Shown here piece after piece: positions 61,605-64,000 of a stretch of 64,000 nt of DNA. The stretch covers positions 1 to 64,000 of the forward strand of contig NIVC01003928.1 of NCBI GenBank assembly GCA_002269645.1, given 5' to 3'. The translations under genes and the position numbers were made by a program. The notes under the pieces were generated by a model that was not told the origin of the DNA, did not search any database, and worked only from the letters and a program-made list of their open reading frames with translations. The stretch comes from Macrostomum lignano (Eukaryota). Positions within the stretch are counted from its first letter, which is position 1. Every line of letters starts with the position of its first letter.

Positions 61605-62886
61605 TCACTCAGCCGACGGCTTCCAGGCTCGAGCGAACCGCCTGCCCTGGTCGATCTGCTCGCCGAGCTCCTGAGCCGCCTCGCTCAGCAGCTGCGCCTC
61701 CGACTCGGACAGCCGGCCGACGCCCATGTTCTGCTCGACTCCCTCCTGGCCGAGCAGCAGCGGGTTTGAGCAGAACGCCGGTCCGTCCGTCGCGTCCGAC
61801 TCAACGTAGGCGGACTCGACAACATTCTGCCTGCCGTCCATGGCACACAGCAGCGAGTGCAGGAAGCCGTGGGCCGCGGCCGCCACGGACAACGAGGCGG
61901 AGCCGGCGCCGGCCTTGGCTTGCAGCACGGTGTCAGCTGCGCCGCGGACAGCCCGCGTCATGGCAAGCAGCTCGCTGGCTGGCAGGCGGCAGTGCGGCTC
62001 CGCACGGCTCAGCACCGGCACCAGAGTCGAGCTGCTGTGGCCGCCGACCACCGGCACGCTGACTTGGTCCAACGGTGCGCCTGCGATCGGTGCACAGGGG
62101 TGTTGGATCGGTGCACAGTGGTATTGGATCGGTGCACACAGGTGTTGAATCGGTGCACAGAGGTGTTGGATCGGTGCACAGGGGTGTTGGATCGGTGCAC
62201 ACAGGTGTTGGATCGGTGCACAGGGGTGTTGGATCTGTGCACAGGGGTGTTGGATCGGTGCACACAGGTGTTGGATCGGTGCACAGTTTGCAATCAGCTG
62301 ATGCAGACACTGACACGACGCAACACTCACCTGTCTTCTGAGCCATGAGAATGTTGGCCCGAACCGAGTTGATGGCCGTGACACCGAACAGCCGGCGCGG
62401 ATTGTACACCCCGTAGCGCCGCAGGACCTCAGCAGCCAGAGGCACACTGCTATTCAGCGGGCTGGTGAGCAGGCAGAGCAGCGCCTCCGGGCAGTGCCGG
62501 GCCACCGCTGAGGTCAGCTCGGCCACTGTGCCGGCGTTCTGTTCGAACAGATCGGACAGCTGCATGCCGAGCTGCCTGGGCCGGCCGGCCAGCATCACCA
62601 CCAGGCTGCAGTGGCGCAGACAGTCGGCCAGCTGCTGCCGCCCGCCCTGATAGCCGCTGACGCGGGCCTTGGTGGCGATGTGGCCTAGGTCGGCGCACAG
62701 GCCTCGGGTGTCCAGCGTATCGTAGAGAGCCAGCTCGGACACGAATGCCGACCGCTTCAGCATGAGGGCCAGCGGTTGGCCGACAGCTCCGCAGGCGCCC
62801 AGGATGGCCACCCGGTTCTGCGGCAGGTCCGGCACGCCGTGCAGACGGCGCCGACCGAGAGCGCGGACCAGCTGACTAGAAGCCAT
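61605..62886 (-). CDS. Mitochondrial-type malate dehydrogenase-like protein (divergent active site), ~343 aa
   Basis: Exons 62886-62331 and 62080-61605 (phase 1). Arg-rich presequence, RVAILGACGAVGQPLALMLK, ELALYD, ADLGHI, YNPRRLFGVT, VPVVGGHS, VLQAKAGAGSASLS, LLLGQEGVE. Confidence 0.9.
62085..62285. repeat. 21-bp intronic repeat GGATCGGTGCACAGGGGTGTT
   Basis: Direct inspection; fills the MDH-like intron 62081-62330. Confidence 0.93.
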
Positions 62887-64000
62887 GCGGTTTGTCTGAC
62901 TAGAAATTAATTCAAGCATGTGGGGACTCAAGCACTACGGGTATAGCTGCGGTGATATATCGGTATTATACAGTAATGCGCCTGAATTGCTGGACTCGAC
63001 AGCTGATTGGCTCGCGCCCCAGCCCTCGCCAGTCCCGAACGGTGGATGCAGAATGAATTTCAAAGGGGAATTTCAAGGTCACCACCTCCTCAGCTTCCCA
63101 ATCCGAAACTCCGCCGGGCTCAAGAAACCATCGGAGCGGGGAAAATTTATGAACTAAGCCGACTATGCGAGAGAGGGCTGGCAAAAGTACTTTTAAAAAT
63201 GCCTCTGATGCCTCTTCTTCCCCCCCCCTACTTTCAGCCACTCATCTTTTCATCTTTACTTTAAAGCGGCTTATAATGAAAAATTGAAAACCTGAGAAGG
63301 AAAGATTTAAGTAAGGAAATCAAGTTTATTGCTGGAATTTGCGGCTTACAATGCAGTTGCCAGCTGCCCGCTGGAAGGGCGAACTTCAACCGTGTGTGGC
63401 GCACGTTTGTTATGTCACAGGGACTTTAGCACTGCCGCACCAAGGGGCTTTAGCACCAAGGGGCTTTAGCACCAAGAGGCGCCAGCATCAAGGGACTAAA
63501 GAAATCGTCATTAAAACTCATTGGATAGCAACCTCTAGCTTCGTTATCCCCTGTTCCATCATCGAACCTTCTCTTATCTCATCCCTCTCGCAGGCAATCC
63601 CTCTCCTGTCGTGTTTAATCAGATCACTCGCGCGTAACGAGACGCAGGCGGATGCTCGAATAATTCGATTTTCTGTGTCCCACCCTCCTCCATCTCTGTG
63701 CGGCTGGAATAGCGGTGCTACAGTGCAGTCCGCTTCCTCATAGCCTATTATGAACTATACAGCAATATGAGCTCTGTGGGCTCCTGCGATTTCTTTATTG
63801 ATTTCGATTTTTGTCAGACAATGACTAATCCCGGGAAGCTAATGGTTAATGGCGATCTCTTCTTATCAGATGGTACAATACTACTCGTGTTTGGCATTGT
63901 AGTTAACTTAGTCTTTAGCCTAGCATTGGCGAGGCTCCATAGCAACTCCTTGTCCATTGTGGTGCTATCTCAGCTTCATCGGAAAGTGGACAAGCACTGG

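Overview
Eukaryotic (animal) genomic DNA: GC/CpG-rich spliced exons with GT-AG introns swollen by local 12-58 bp minisatellites. The style resembles the flatworm Macrostomum lignano (inference from sequence style only). Most long entries in the ORF track are repeat artefacts. Genes reconstructed by hand: (1) a 5'-truncated tandem-domain receptor-type PTP (+, 12 exons), both domains catalytically degenerate, with three 1-bp deletions; (2) a 4-exon BAHD/HXXXD acyltransferase (+), a plant/fungal/bacterial-type enzyme and likely horizontal acquisition; (3) headcase/HECA (-); (4) a p85-type PI3K regulatory subunit with SH3-C1-SAM-C1-RhoGAP-SH2-iSH2-SH2 (-); (5) an intronless METTL24-like methyltransferase (-); (6) a type I membrane orphan (-); (7-8) two low-complexity orphans (+); (9) a divergent MDH2-like protein (-). 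The most striking non-genic structure is a pair of related TIR elements (23342-28940 and 50847-58462). Each is flanked on both sides by (CA)n, carries homologous spliced minus-strand exons, and is inflated by its own ~650-670 bp tandem array. Also present: a ~770-bp MITE with an 8-bp TSD and two sharply CpG-depleted blocks immediately 5' of start codons.
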